Shown here: in pieces, positions 1 to 7,841 of the stretch | Numbering within the stretch: the first letter of the stretch is position 1 | How the letters are laid out: every line of letters begins with the position of its first letter | Assembly: GCA_905211675.1 (NCBI GenBank) | Contig: CAJMBP010000001.1 | Coordinates: 1-48,253 of the forward strand | DNA length: 48,253 nt | Direction of reading: 5' to 3' | DNA from: an uncultured Oscillospiraceae bacterium | GTDB lineage: Bacteria > Bacillota > Clostridia > Oscillospirales > Acutalibacteraceae | Translations under genes and position numbers: made by a program | Notes under the pieces: generated by a model | Databases searched by the model: none | What the model was told of the DNA's origin: nothing | What the model saw: the letters and a program-made list of their open reading frames with translations, nothing else

Positions 1-1
1 T

Positions 2-2119
2 ATGTGCGTGGCAATGCTCATCGGCACCACCTTCGCGTGGTTCACCGACTCCGCAAGTACAGCGGTAAACAAGATTCAGGCCGGTACGCTTGATGTTCAG
101 TTACTTGACGAAAACGGCAACTCTCTTGAAGGGCAGACCCTTTCGTGGCAGAAAGCGGCAGGCGCTCCCGACGGTGAGCAGGTTCTTTGGGAGCCGGGCT
201 GTACCTATAAGCTTCAGCCTATTACAATCAAAAACGCAGGTAATCTTGCACTTAAATACAAGGTTGTCATAAGCGGAATCAAGGGCAGTGCAAAGCTTAA
301 CGAGGTTATTGACTGGACAATCTCAGGTGCCGACATCAACACCGAATATTCGTTAACCGCAGGGGCTTCCAACACCCTTACAATAGAGGGTCATATGCAG
401 GAAACCGCCGGCAACGAGTATCAGGGTCTTTCAATTGACGGCATAGGCATTACTGTTGTTGCTACTCAGCTTGCTTCTGAGTATGACAGCATTAACAACA
501 CCTATGATACAAACGCTACATACTTAAATCAAGACGCAGACGATAACTACCTCATAAGCAACGCAAACGAGCTTGTTTACTTTGCTAAGAGCGTTAATGT
601 TGAGGGCAACAACTACGCAGGTAAAACCGTTAAGCTTACTGCAAATATAGATCTTGCGGGCAAGAACTGGATTCCTGTGGGCCAGACCGGTGCTACCCAA
701 TTCCAAGGTATATTTGACGGTCAGAATTATACAATCAAAAATATGACTGTCAATTATACAGGCACTAGTTCTAATTACGCTTGTGGTCTGTTTGGCTGGC
801 TCGAACTTCATAACGGTTCTCCCATCGTTATCCAGAATGTCAAGTTTGAAAACGCCAATGTAACCGGCATTAAGTACACCGGCGTTGTGGCAGGTTATGC
901 AAACGGTGCATCCGGTGCCGAAATTAAGAATTGTGTAGTAACCAACTCCACAGTCACCTCCAACACCAAGAATGCCGGCGGTATCATTGGTTACATGGGT
1001 AGAGTCGTTTTGACCGGTAACACTGTTTCCGGTTGCACCATCTCTGCAAAATACGATGTCGGCGGTATTGCCAACTCTGTAGAACCTGGAGTAACTTTCC
1101 AGAATAACAAAGTTGAGAATACCAACATCTACTATGAAGAAGATCAGCAATATGATGCTGCAGGTATTTTCACCAGCGGTAAAGTTGTTTACAGAGACGA
1201 TAATACCAAGACCACCTTTGTTCCTGACAGCACCAACACCGCTATTAATTGCGAAGTCGGTCGCACAGTTTACGGTTTGGCCATCATTCCCAATGGTGAA
1301 AATTCCAAAATTATTGTTAACAGCAAAGAAGGCTTATTGAACCTGACCAAGCTGTTCAACGACTGGACCACACTGTTCACCGACGGTAATGGAAACGAAT
1401 ATAGCAACTATCACCACGGTGCCGGAGTAGATTACTATTACAGCAGCTACTGGACCATTAGTCTTGAAGCAGACATTGATCTCAACAACGCCACCATTGC
1501 TCCTATTGCCCTTAATTTCCCCACTTCCACCGGTCCAGTTAAGTTCGAGGGCAACGAAAAGAAGATTAGTAATGCAAAAATCGTAATGGATGCGAACACC
1601 CAAAATGATGCCGGTCTGTTCGATGCCAGGGCTGTGATTATGAAGAACTTGAAACTCGACAACATCCAAGTTACCGGAAGCAACATAGGTAACTCCACCG
1701 CAGGCATTTTGGCCGGTATTACAAGCCAGGATGTAACTAATATCACCGTCACCAACTCATCCGTTACAGGCGGTAAGTACACCGGTGGTGTTGTCGGCTA
1801 CGGTTATAACAGTGTTAAAAACTGCACTCTGACCAATGTTTCCGTTAAGGGCGGATATAAGCTTGGTGGTTTGATTGGTTACATTTGCGCAAGTAACGGT
1901 AATACCAGTAATGTTACCGGCAATACCCTTACAGATTGCACCGTTGACGGCATCGGCGGAGGCATCTTTGCCGGCGGAAAGAATGAGTATATTATTGGTA
2001 AGATCGTAGGTAACTACAACTGCAACGGCACTTGCAACGATAACACTCTTACCAACATGACCACCTCTGCTACCGCAAACATAGGTGAAATTGAGAGTGG
2101 CAAGACCGTTACTCAGTAA
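2..2119 (+). CDS. Secreted protein, 5' partial at window edge: TasA/camelysin-like N-terminal domain with SipW-cognate signal peptide, followed by two tandem GLUG-motif (beta-helix, adhesin-like) modules
   Basis: The N-terminus LIGTTFAWFTDSASTAVNKIQAGTLDV matches the SipW-dependent signal/TasA motif. WEPGCTY..ITIKNAGNLALKY..VVATQ is a TasA/peptidase-M73-like core. Two similar modules (about nt 545-1140 and 1310-2040) share the pattern DIDL..W.P.G..F.G.FDG.N..I with repeated GG(I/V/L)(I/V)GY GLUG-like turns. The ORF is uninterrupted. Confidence 0.75.
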   Translation: MCVAMLIGTTFAWFTDSASTAVNKIQAGTLDVQLLDENGNSLEGQTLSWQKAAGAPDGEQVLWEPGCTYKLQPITIKNAGNLALKYKVVISGIKGSAKLNEVIDWTISGADINTEYSLTAGASNTLTIEGHMQETAGNEYQGLSIDGIGITVVATQLASEYDSINNTYDTNATYLNQDADDNYLISNANELVYFAKSVNVEGNNYAGKTVKLTANIDLAGKNWIPVGQTGATQFQGIFDGQNYTIKNMTVNYTGTSSNYACGLFGWLELHNGSPIVIQNVKFENANVTGIKYTGVVAGYANGASGAEIKNCVVTNSTVTSNTKNAGGIIGYMGRVVLTGNTVSGCTISAKYDVGGIANSVEPGVTFQNNKVENTNIYYEEDQQYDAAGIFTSGKVVYRDDNTKTTFVPDSTNTAINCEVGRTVYGLAIIPNGENSKIIVNSKEGLLNLTKLFNDWTTLFTDGNGNEYSNYHHGAGVDYYYSSYWTISLEADIDLNNATIAPIALNFPTSTGPVKFEGNEKKISNAKIVMDANTQNDAGLFDARAVIMKNLKLDNIQVTGSNIGNSTAGILAGITSQDVTNITVTNSSVTGGKYTGGVVGYGYNSVKNCTLTNVSVKGGYKLGGLIGYICASNGNTSNVTGNTLTDCTVDGIGGGIFAGGKNEYIIGKIVGNYNCNGTCNDNTLTNMTTSATANIGEIESGKTVTQ

Positions 2120-2314
2120 CATTTTTGTTAACTCTATCCGTTTAGGATAACAAAGTCCCCCACCCTCTTTTTGGGGGTGGGCGGCAATCAAAGGGCATAA
2201 GCGTTTTGGCAAGCAACTAATAATGATCTCTCTATTATGTTTCTTTTTTACCGCAAGACGTTTGTGCTCTTTGATTGCCGAAAAGCAATAATTAAAAAAG
2301 GAGGAGTAATTTCT

Positions 2315-3046
2315 GTGAAAAAATCAAAAGGATGGATTAGAGATTGGTTCTATGTTCCAAAACACGAAAAAGTATCCGATAAATCCTTTTTGCAGATAAT
2401 GCTTTCCTCTGTGTTCGGTATTCTTATTTGCGGAATATTTCTTGCCGGAATTACATGGGCATGGTTTACAAGCAGTATTACAAGTCCCGCAAGCAATATC
2501 ACCTCTGCAAAATTTTCCGTACAAATAACATTCAAGCAAAATGAAGCGGATGTTGAGCCCGAAACAGATGAAAACGGCGACTATAAATTAAACGGCACAT
2601 ACACCGTTACCGTTACGGCGGACGGAAACGCAAGCACCGGCTTTTGCCGCGTAGAATTAAAGCTGCCCGATAACAGCAGCCTTACCTATCATACAATACA
2701 AATTTACCCTGCGGGAACCGACGGCAATCCGCAAAAAACAGAATTTACCGTAATCGCTTCCGAAGGTTATCGCCTTGCAATCATACCACAGTGGGGCACC
2801 TATGTAAAGTCGGATGACAGCGAAGCACTTATAGGTAATTCAAGCGGCGATATTAAAATTATTCCGAATTCATCATTAACTGTTTTAAATTCGGGTACCG
2901 AAGAATCACAGACATATAATCTGACAGAATCGGAACAAAGCTACACCGTACAGCAGGACGATACTCAGTCTTTGATTGCAGACCTCTACGGCACAACGGC
3001 AGATCCAACAGAGCCGTTAACCACTGAGGAAAACAAAAGCAACTGA
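2315..3046 (+). CDS. Small secreted/membrane-anchored protein with a second SipW-cognate (TasA-class) signal peptide; function unknown
   Basis: A GTG start at 2315 lies 8 nt after AAAGGAGGAG (2297-2306); the ORF-track start at 2237 has no RBS. A basic N-terminus and TM helix are followed by GITWAWFTSSITSPASNITSAKFSV, then a beta-rich about 170-aa domain. Confidence 0.7.
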   Translation: MKKSKGWIRDWFYVPKHEKVSDKSFLQIMLSSVFGILICGIFLAGITWAWFTSSITSPASNITSAKFSVQITFKQNEADVEPETDENGDYKLNGTYTVTVTADGNASTGFCRVELKLPDNSSLTYHTIQIYPAGTDGNPQKTEFTVIASEGYRLAIIPQWGTYVKSDDSEALIGNSSGDIKIIPNSSLTVLNSGTEESQTYNLTESEQSYTVQQDDTQSLIADLYGTTADPTEPLTTEENKSN

Positions 3047-3094
3047 ATAAAAGCGCGAGCCGCAACGGATTTTTTGCTACCTATTTACATATAT

Positions 3095-3124
3095 AAAGCA
3101 TACCCTTTTAGGGTGTGCTTTTTT
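3095..3124 (+). terminator. Rho-independent terminator after the SipW-type gene pair
   Basis: The stem AAAGCATACCC/GGGTGTGCTTT has one G-U pair. The loop is TTTTA and a T-run follows. Confidence 0.6.
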
Positions 3125-3223
3125 CATTTTTAATAAAATTTATTTTTGTTTTTCAATCTTTCTTCAATATTGTCTTGTATAATGATGAAGCATAAGATAA
3201 TTTCTGAGAAAGGAAAGAAAATT

Positions 3224-3382
3224 ATGTACATTATAAAAAACGCATTAAGATGTATCGGCAGATCCAAAGGGCGTAATGTTCTGATAAGCATTATCACTCT
3301 TGTGATTCCGCCGAGTCGGTTGAAGATTTTTATTATACCATTACCGCCGCTTTTAACGGCACAGACGAATTATTGCCCGTAA
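3224..3382 (+). pseudogene. Remnant of an FtsX-type ABC permease gene (first about 28 codons only, then unrelated sequence)
   Basis: ATG at 3224 follows GAAAGGAAAG. MYIIKNALRCIGRSKGRNVLISIITLVI is the stereotyped N-terminus and TM1 of FtsX/MacB-like permeases. After codon 28 the frame reads PPSRLKIFIIPLPP... and stops at 3382. Confidence 0.45.
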
Positions 3383-3422
3383 CAAATTAAACCGAGGCTT
3401 TGCAAAGCTTTCGGTAATAAAT

Positions 3423-3626
3423 AAAGGCGATGAAATTCCCGTAGAACAATGTGAGAAGATATTTGAACGCTTCTACCGTGTAGATACCGCCCGCAACAGC
3501 GAGGGCAACCACTACGGACTGGGTCTTGCCATTGCAAAAGCAATCGTCACTTCACATAAAGGTCATATACAGGTGCTGTGCTATAACGGATTTGTCGAAT
3601 TCAAAGTGCAAATTCCCACCTTATAA
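3423..3626 (+). pseudogene. C-terminal fragment (about 67 codons) of a sensor histidine kinase (HATPase_c G1/G2 region) with no upstream kinase body
   Basis: My own translation gives KGDEIPVEQCEKIFERFYRVDTARNSEGNHYGLGLAIAKAIVTSHKGHIQVLCYNGFVEFKVQIPTL*. The FERFYR..D and GxGLGLAI boxes are diagnostic. There is no start codon or RBS and no HisKA/DHp region upstream. Confidence 0.7.
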
Positions 3627-3649
3627 CAAAAATTTCAACCGTATTAAAA

Positions 3650-3677
3650 TTGACAAATAAAATTTTTTTGGTATAAT
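3650..3677 (+). promoter_or_regulatory. SigA-type promoter for the SGNH hydrolase gene
   Basis: TTGACA (3650-3655), a 16-nt spacer, then TGgTATAAT (extended -10; TATAAT at 3672-3677). Confidence 0.55.
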
Positions 3678-3720
3678 AACGCATGTACAGTCCTTTCAAC
3701 AAATAACAGGCGGTGCAAAT

Positions 3721-4776
3721 ATGCAAGATATTGAAAAAATCGATAAAAACTTTAAGCTTGATACCGAGATTAAAAAAGACGATATTGTTTTTTATTCTGT
3801 TTTGGATTTGCCTTTTCGTGTTTACGGACTTATATACGAAAACAACAAATTCAGAAGAATGCCCGAAGACATTGCCAAAACGGTGAGTTACGGAGTACAT
3901 TGTCTGCACAGCAACACCTCGGGTGGCAGAGTGCGTTTTAAAACCGACAGCAAATATGTTGCAATTTCGGCAAAAATGTGCGGTATAGCAAAAATGGACC
4001 ATTTTGCGCTTACAGGCAGCGCAGGCTTTGACATATATGTAAACACAGACGGCGTCGATAAATTTAACGGTGCTTTTCGCCCGCCGTTCAACATTACCGA
4101 CGGTTACGAGTCGGTTTTCGATTTCGACTGCAAAAAAATGCGTGAAATAACAATAAATTTTCCGCTTTACAGTGATGTTTGCGAGCTTTATATCGGACTT
4201 CAAAAGGATGCCGCCGTAGAGGAAGCCAAACCGTATTCTTGCAGCAAACCCATAGTTTACTACGGCAGTTCAATAACACAGGGAGGCTGCGCGTCACGGC
4301 CCGGCAACGCATACCCTGCGATTGTTTCAAGACGGTTTGATACCGACTTTATAAATTTGGGCTTTTCGGGTTGCGGCTGCGGCGAACAGCAAATCGCCGA
4401 TTATATAGCAAGCCTTGATATGAAGATGTTTGTATTTGATTATGACCACAACGCTCCGAATGCCGAGCATTTGCAAAAAACCCATGAAAAATTCTTTAAA
4501 ACAGTGCGTGCCGCGAATCCCGATTTACCTATAATAATGATGAGCGCCGTAACATTGCCGCGTTTTTCAGACAACCGCGCAAAGCGCAGAGAGATTATTT
4601 ATAATACATACAAAAACGCAAAAGACAGCGGCGATAAAAATGTTTATTTTTTGGACGGCAGCAAAGAATTTGCGCCGTATGAAGACTTTGGAACGGTCGA
4701 AGGATGCCATCCTAACGACTTGGGATTTGCAGTCATGGCAAAATTATTAATCAATTTAATCGAGAAAATAATTTAA
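3721..4776 (+). CDS. SGNH/GDSL-family hydrolase (esterase) with an N-terminal beta-sandwich domain
   Basis: Block I is YYGSSITQGG (Ser nucleophile). Block V is CHPNDLGF (D-x-x-H-like). The 351-aa two-domain architecture is typical of carbohydrate-esterase-like SGNH proteins. Confidence 0.85.
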   Translation: MQDIEKIDKNFKLDTEIKKDDIVFYSVLDLPFRVYGLIYENNKFRRMPEDIAKTVSYGVHCLHSNTSGGRVRFKTDSKYVAISAKMCGIAKMDHFALTGSAGFDIYVNTDGVDKFNGAFRPPFNITDGYESVFDFDCKKMREITINFPLYSDVCELYIGLQKDAAVEEAKPYSCSKPIVYYGSSITQGGCASRPGNAYPAIVSRRFDTDFINLGFSGCGCGEQQIADYIASLDMKMFVFDYDHNAPNAEHLQKTHEKFFKTVRAANPDLPIIMMSAVTLPRFSDNRAKRREIIYNTYKNAKDSGDKNVYFLDGSKEFAPYEDFGTVEGCHPNDLGFAVMAKLLINLIEKII

Positions 4777-4790
4777 CACCCGACAAAGCT

Positions 4791-4833
4791 AAAAGGTGCT
4801 GTGAAAAAACAATGTTTTTCACAGCACCTTTTT
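4791..4833. terminator. Bidirectional rho-independent terminator between convergent genes
   Basis: An 18-bp perfect stem AAAAGGTGCTGTGAAAAA / TTTTTCACAGCACCTTTT has A- and T-runs on both sides. Confidence 0.8.
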
Positions 4834-4852
4834 ATATTACATTTACTAAAAA

Positions 4853-5569
4853 CTACTGCTTTTTAAGCACGATTGAAATAAAGTTTAAATATTTACCCGC
4901 GCCTGCCTCCATAGCCTTACGGTCGCCTACGGCATATTCGTTTTCTTGTTTAAGCCAATCTTCCCATACCTCTTGATTGCTTTGCATTTCCTTTACCGAA
5001 ATCACCTCGGCGCCGTGGCATGCGCCCACCGTTTGAGTCCAATATTTTACATCGTGCATGTAATCAAGCTGTTCGGGCGTCCAAGAAAGCAACAGTTCAC
5101 GCGGCAGATTATCATGGCAATCGTTTTTCATACCGGGAATTGCGATATAAATATATCCGCCGCTTTTTAAAAACGGCAGCAGCTTGCTGTCTAAATATTG
5201 CGGGTCACGCCCGAAATAGTTATAGGAATCTACGCTTATTACGGCGTCAAAAAATTCTTTTTCAAACGGTAGATCCGACGCGTCGGCCTTTACGGGCACA
5301 ATTTGCGTATCGGTAAGTCCCATAGAGTTAAAAAATGCTCTGTTTTCCTTAGGGTCACTCCAAAGGTCTGCGGCATAAACCGTAAAGCCGTATTCCTTTG
5401 CAAGGAACACGCTTGTAAGCCCCTGCCCGCTTCCCAAATCACATATCACACTGCCCGACGGAATTTTATGATTAAGCATAAGCTCCTCGGTAAGCTTAAC
5501 GGGATTAGGCCCCATAATCTTTTTTTGTAAATCGGGTGTGTCGTATTTTAAACTTTTTACATAATTCAT
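4853..5569 (-). CDS. Class I SAM-dependent methyltransferase
   Basis: Motif I is VICDLGSGQGLTS, with a post-I acidic residue (YAADL) and motif II DAVISVD. The RBS is AAAGGAGAAAAAC. It sits 21 nt downstream of the TetR gene, so it is probably co-transcribed. Confidence 0.85.
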   Translation of the reverse strand: MNYVKSLKYDTPDLQKKIMGPNPVKLTEELMLNHKIPSGSVICDLGSGQGLTSVFLAKEYGFTVYAADLWSDPKENRAFFNSMGLTDTQIVPVKADASDLPFEKEFFDAVISVDSYNYFGRDPQYLDSKLLPFLKSGGYIYIAIPGMKNDCHDNLPRELLLSWTPEQLDYMHDVKYWTQTVGACHGAEVISVKEMQSNQEVWEDWLKQENEYAVGDRKAMEAGAGKYLNFISIVLKKQ

Positions 5570-5590
5570 AGTTTTTCTCCTTTTATAATT

Positions 5591-6205
5591 TCAATCATTT
5601 AAAGTGTACCTGTCGAAAAAGGCGCATATAATTTTTTCAAGCAGCTGTGTAAGCTCGGCGGCGGTTTGGTCGCTGTACATATTTATAAGCAAAAACACAG
5701 GCGCGTAAAATTCGACTGCAAGGCGATGCGAATCGTCTTTTTTCAATATGCCGTTTTTCATAAGCTCGGCAAAAATATCCGCCATATACCGAACCGGCCC
5801 CGAAACCAAGCAACTGTCGTAAAGCTCCGCCGTTTCGGAATTATTATGCTGCTCAAGCTGGAGCATTTTTCTAAAGCATGCCGCAAATTCGTTTTGGGTC
5901 CAAAACTTAAACTGCTCTGCCGTAAAGCTTTTAATGCTTTTAACCGTTGTATCTCGATACTCCTGCGGCAATGTTTTGTATTTTTCAGTAGGCATATCAT
6001 GCTGCTGCGAATTTTCTTTATCGAGCTCAAACATTCTTTTTACAATACTGTCAAATATATCGCGTTTATTTTTATAATGTCTGTAAAGCGCCCCCTTTGT
6101 AATGCCGAGTTCGCCTGCGATTTCACTTACCGAAACAGCCTCGTAACCGCGTTTTGAAAACAGCTTGAGCGCCACGGTTAAAATTTGCTCCTTTGTATCG
6201 GTCAT
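5591..6205 (-). CDS. TetR/AcrR-family transcriptional regulator
   Basis: The N-terminal HTH is ILTVALKLFSKRGYEAVSVSEIAGELGITKGALYRHYKNK. The RBS is AAGGGGGA. Confidence 0.9.
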   Translation of the reverse strand: MTDTKEQILTVALKLFSKRGYEAVSVSEIAGELGITKGALYRHYKNKRDIFDSIVKRMFELDKENSQQHDMPTEKYKTLPQEYRDTTVKSIKSFTAEQFKFWTQNEFAACFRKMLQLEQHNNSETAELYDSCLVSGPVRYMADIFAELMKNGILKKDDSHRLAVEFYAPVFLLINMYSDQTAAELTQLLEKIICAFFDRYTLND

Positions 6206-6218
6206 ATCAAGTCCCCCT

Positions 6219-6264
6219 TTTGTAAACGGTCGTTTACAAACATTATAGTAAACGACCGTTTACT
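6219..6264. promoter_or_regulatory. Two palindromic operator candidates for the minus-strand TetR/methyltransferase unit
   Basis: Site 1 is TTTGTAAACG-GT-CGTTTACAAA (6219-6240, 10-bp perfect arms). Site 2 is AGTAAACG-AC-CGTTTACT (6247-6264). Site 2 fills the spacer of the minus-strand promoter. Site 1 covers the transcription start and 5' UTR. Confidence 0.6.
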
Positions 6265-6269
6265 TGTCA
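6242..6269 (-). promoter_or_regulatory. SigA-type promoter for TetR (5591..6205) and the methyltransferase
   Basis: On the minus strand: TTGACA (6269-6264), a 16-nt spacer, TATAAT (6247-6242). Confidence 0.55.
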
Positions 6270-6300
6270 AGCGCTATTTTTTTATTTTTTCCGTTTTTGC

Positions 6301-6329
6301 TTGACAAGTTACCTTGGAGTAACTATAAT
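6301..6329 (+). promoter_or_regulatory. SigA-type promoter for the TetR-GNAT-ABC operon
   Basis: TTGACA (6301-6306), a 17-nt spacer, TATAAT (6324-6329); both hexamers match the consensus exactly. Confidence 0.6.
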
Positions 6330-6351
6330 AAAAGTAACCTATAAGTAACCT
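6306..6351 (+). promoter_or_regulatory. GTAAC-core repeat array overlapping the plus-strand promoter (candidate operator of the second TetR)
   Basis: Inverted pair AGTTAC (6307-6312) / GTAACT (6319-6324). Two exact direct repeats AAGTAACCT sit at 6332-6340 and 6343-6351, 11 nt apart (one helical turn). Confidence 0.45.
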
Positions 6352-6365
6352 CGTGAGATTGTGAG

Positions 6366-6977
6366 ATGTATTTTATGAAAACCAGCAAAGAAAAAATATT
6401 GAATGCCGCTTTGACAGTTTTTTCCGAAAAAGGGTATGACGGCGCCCTGCTTCGGGATATTTCCGATTCTTTGGGAATTACAAAGCCCGCGCTGTATAAG
6501 CATTTTGACAGCAAAGAAACTCTTTGGAATTCGATGATTGACTATGTCGAAGCGTATTACCATGAGCATACGGGCAAGACTTGTGATATGCCTATTCCGG
6601 ATAATTGGCATCAATTTAAAGAGCTTTCTATGAGTCAAATCGATTTTACTTTACATGATTATACAGTAAGGCGTGTGCGCAGACTGCTTACCATAGAGCA
6701 ATACAGAAACGAAAGAATTTCTGCTCTTGCAACAAAGCATTTTATAACCGACATAGAAAGTCGCTACACATATATATTTAACGGTATGGTAAAAAAGGGA
6801 ATTTTCAGTTGTGCAGATACCCGGCTTCTTGCATTTCAGTTTACCGCCCCTATCACCTTGCTGATACACTATTGCGACCGCGAGCCCGACAAAGAGGCGC
6901 AAATTGTAAAGAAAATAGAAGCGCATATAAATAAATTTGAAAAAATAATTAAAAACAACCGGAGTACACCGATATGA
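6366..6977 (+). CDS. TetR/AcrR-family transcriptional regulator (paralog-like of 5591..6205)
   Basis: The HTH is ILNAALTVFSEKGYDGALLRDISDSLGITKPALYKHFDSK. An alternative start is ATG 6375 (MKTSKEK...). The stop overlaps the next start (ATGA). Confidence 0.9.
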   Translation: MYFMKTSKEKILNAALTVFSEKGYDGALLRDISDSLGITKPALYKHFDSKETLWNSMIDYVEAYYHEHTGKTCDMPIPDNWHQFKELSMSQIDFTLHDYTVRRVRRLLTIEQYRNERISALATKHFITDIESRYTYIFNGMVKKGIFSCADTRLLAFQFTAPITLLIHYCDREPDKEAQIVKKIEAHINKFEKIIKNNRSTPI

Positions 6978-7813
6978 ATTATTTAAAAATCACCGAAGAA
7001 AATATAGAAAAAGAGCATATTTGCTGTGCTATGTCAAATAAGCAAAGCAACACCAAAAAAGAATGGCTTAAAAATCAATTTAAAAACGGTCTTGTTTTTT
7101 ACCGAAGCGAGCAACGCGGAAAATGCTTTATTGAGTATATTCCCGCAGAAAATGCGTGGGTTCCGATTGAAGCCGCGGGATATATTTTTATCAACTGTCT
7201 TTGGATTGCAGGCTCTATGAAGGGTCACGGATATTCGAATGACCTGCTTGACGAGTGTATTCGCGACGCCAAGTCACAAGGCAAAAAGGGGCTTTGTATC
7301 CTGTCGTCAAACGGCAGAAAAAAGGAGTTTCTTGCCGACCCTAAATATCTGACCTACAAAGGCTTTTTTACTGCCGACACTTCAGACACGGACATTACGC
7401 TTATGTATTTACCCTTTAATGACGGCGCTTTGCCGCCGCGCTTTAAAGAATGTGCAAAGCGTCCGAAGAGTGCCGAAAGCGGATTTGTGCTTTACTACAC
7501 CGACCAATGCCCCTTTACATATTATTGGGTACCGCGGGTTGCAGAGGTTGCGAAAGATCATAAAATTCCGTTTAAGGTAATTCATATTACCGACAAAGAA
7601 TCGGCGCAAAGCGCGCCTGCGCCGGTTACTACATACGCGCTGTTTTATAACGGAAAATTCATAACCCAGGCCATACAGTCGGATAAAAAGTTTTTGTCTA
7701 TCGCAAAAAATATAATGCAAACCGACGCTGAAACGGCTGACAGCAACAAAAGCGATACCTCCGCGCAAACAGCCGAAACGGTAGCAACAATGACTGTTAC
7801 GGGAATTTTATAA
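6974..7813 (+). CDS. GNAT-family N-acetyltransferase with a YoaP-like C-terminal domain
   Basis: The GNAT core is IAGSMKGHGYSNDLLDECIRDAKSQG. The C-terminal YYTDQCPFTYYW...PAPVTTYALFYNGKFIT resembles the YoaP-like thioredoxin-fold domain. Confidence 0.8.
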   Translation: MNYLKITEENIEKEHICCAMSNKQSNTKKEWLKNQFKNGLVFYRSEQRGKCFIEYIPAENAWVPIEAAGYIFINCLWIAGSMKGHGYSNDLLDECIRDAKSQGKKGLCILSSNGRKKEFLADPKYLTYKGFFTADTSDTDITLMYLPFNDGALPPRFKECAKRPKSAESGFVLYYTDQCPFTYYWVPRVAEVAKDHKIPFKVIHITDKESAQSAPAPVTTYALFYNGKFITQAIQSDKKFLSIAKNIMQTDAETADSNKSDTSAQTAETVATMTVTGIL

Positions 7814-7841
7814 TTTTACTTTTGTTCAGAGATGATTTTAA

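Noticed and set aside
2157-2181. A C/G-rich hairpin (CCCACCC / GGGTGGG) after the first gene as a terminator.
   Set aside because: It has a 7-bp stem with a 9-nt loop and no downstream T-run. It might pause transcription, but it is not a convincing intrinsic terminator. The two SipW-class genes may be co-transcribed.
2939-2998. A LysM-like stretch SYTVQQDDTQSLIADLYGTT at the C-terminus of the second SipW-class protein.
   Set aside because: Only about 20 residues resemble the first half of a roughly 44-residue LysM repeat. The conserved Gly of GDT is Asp, and the protein ends before a full domain could form.
3146-3382. The 78-aa ORF-track protein as a genuine small gene.
   Set aside because: The TTG start at 3146 has no RBS. 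Only residues encoded from ATG 3224 resemble anything (the FtsX N-terminus), and similarity ends after 28 codons. I treated it as a gene remnant.
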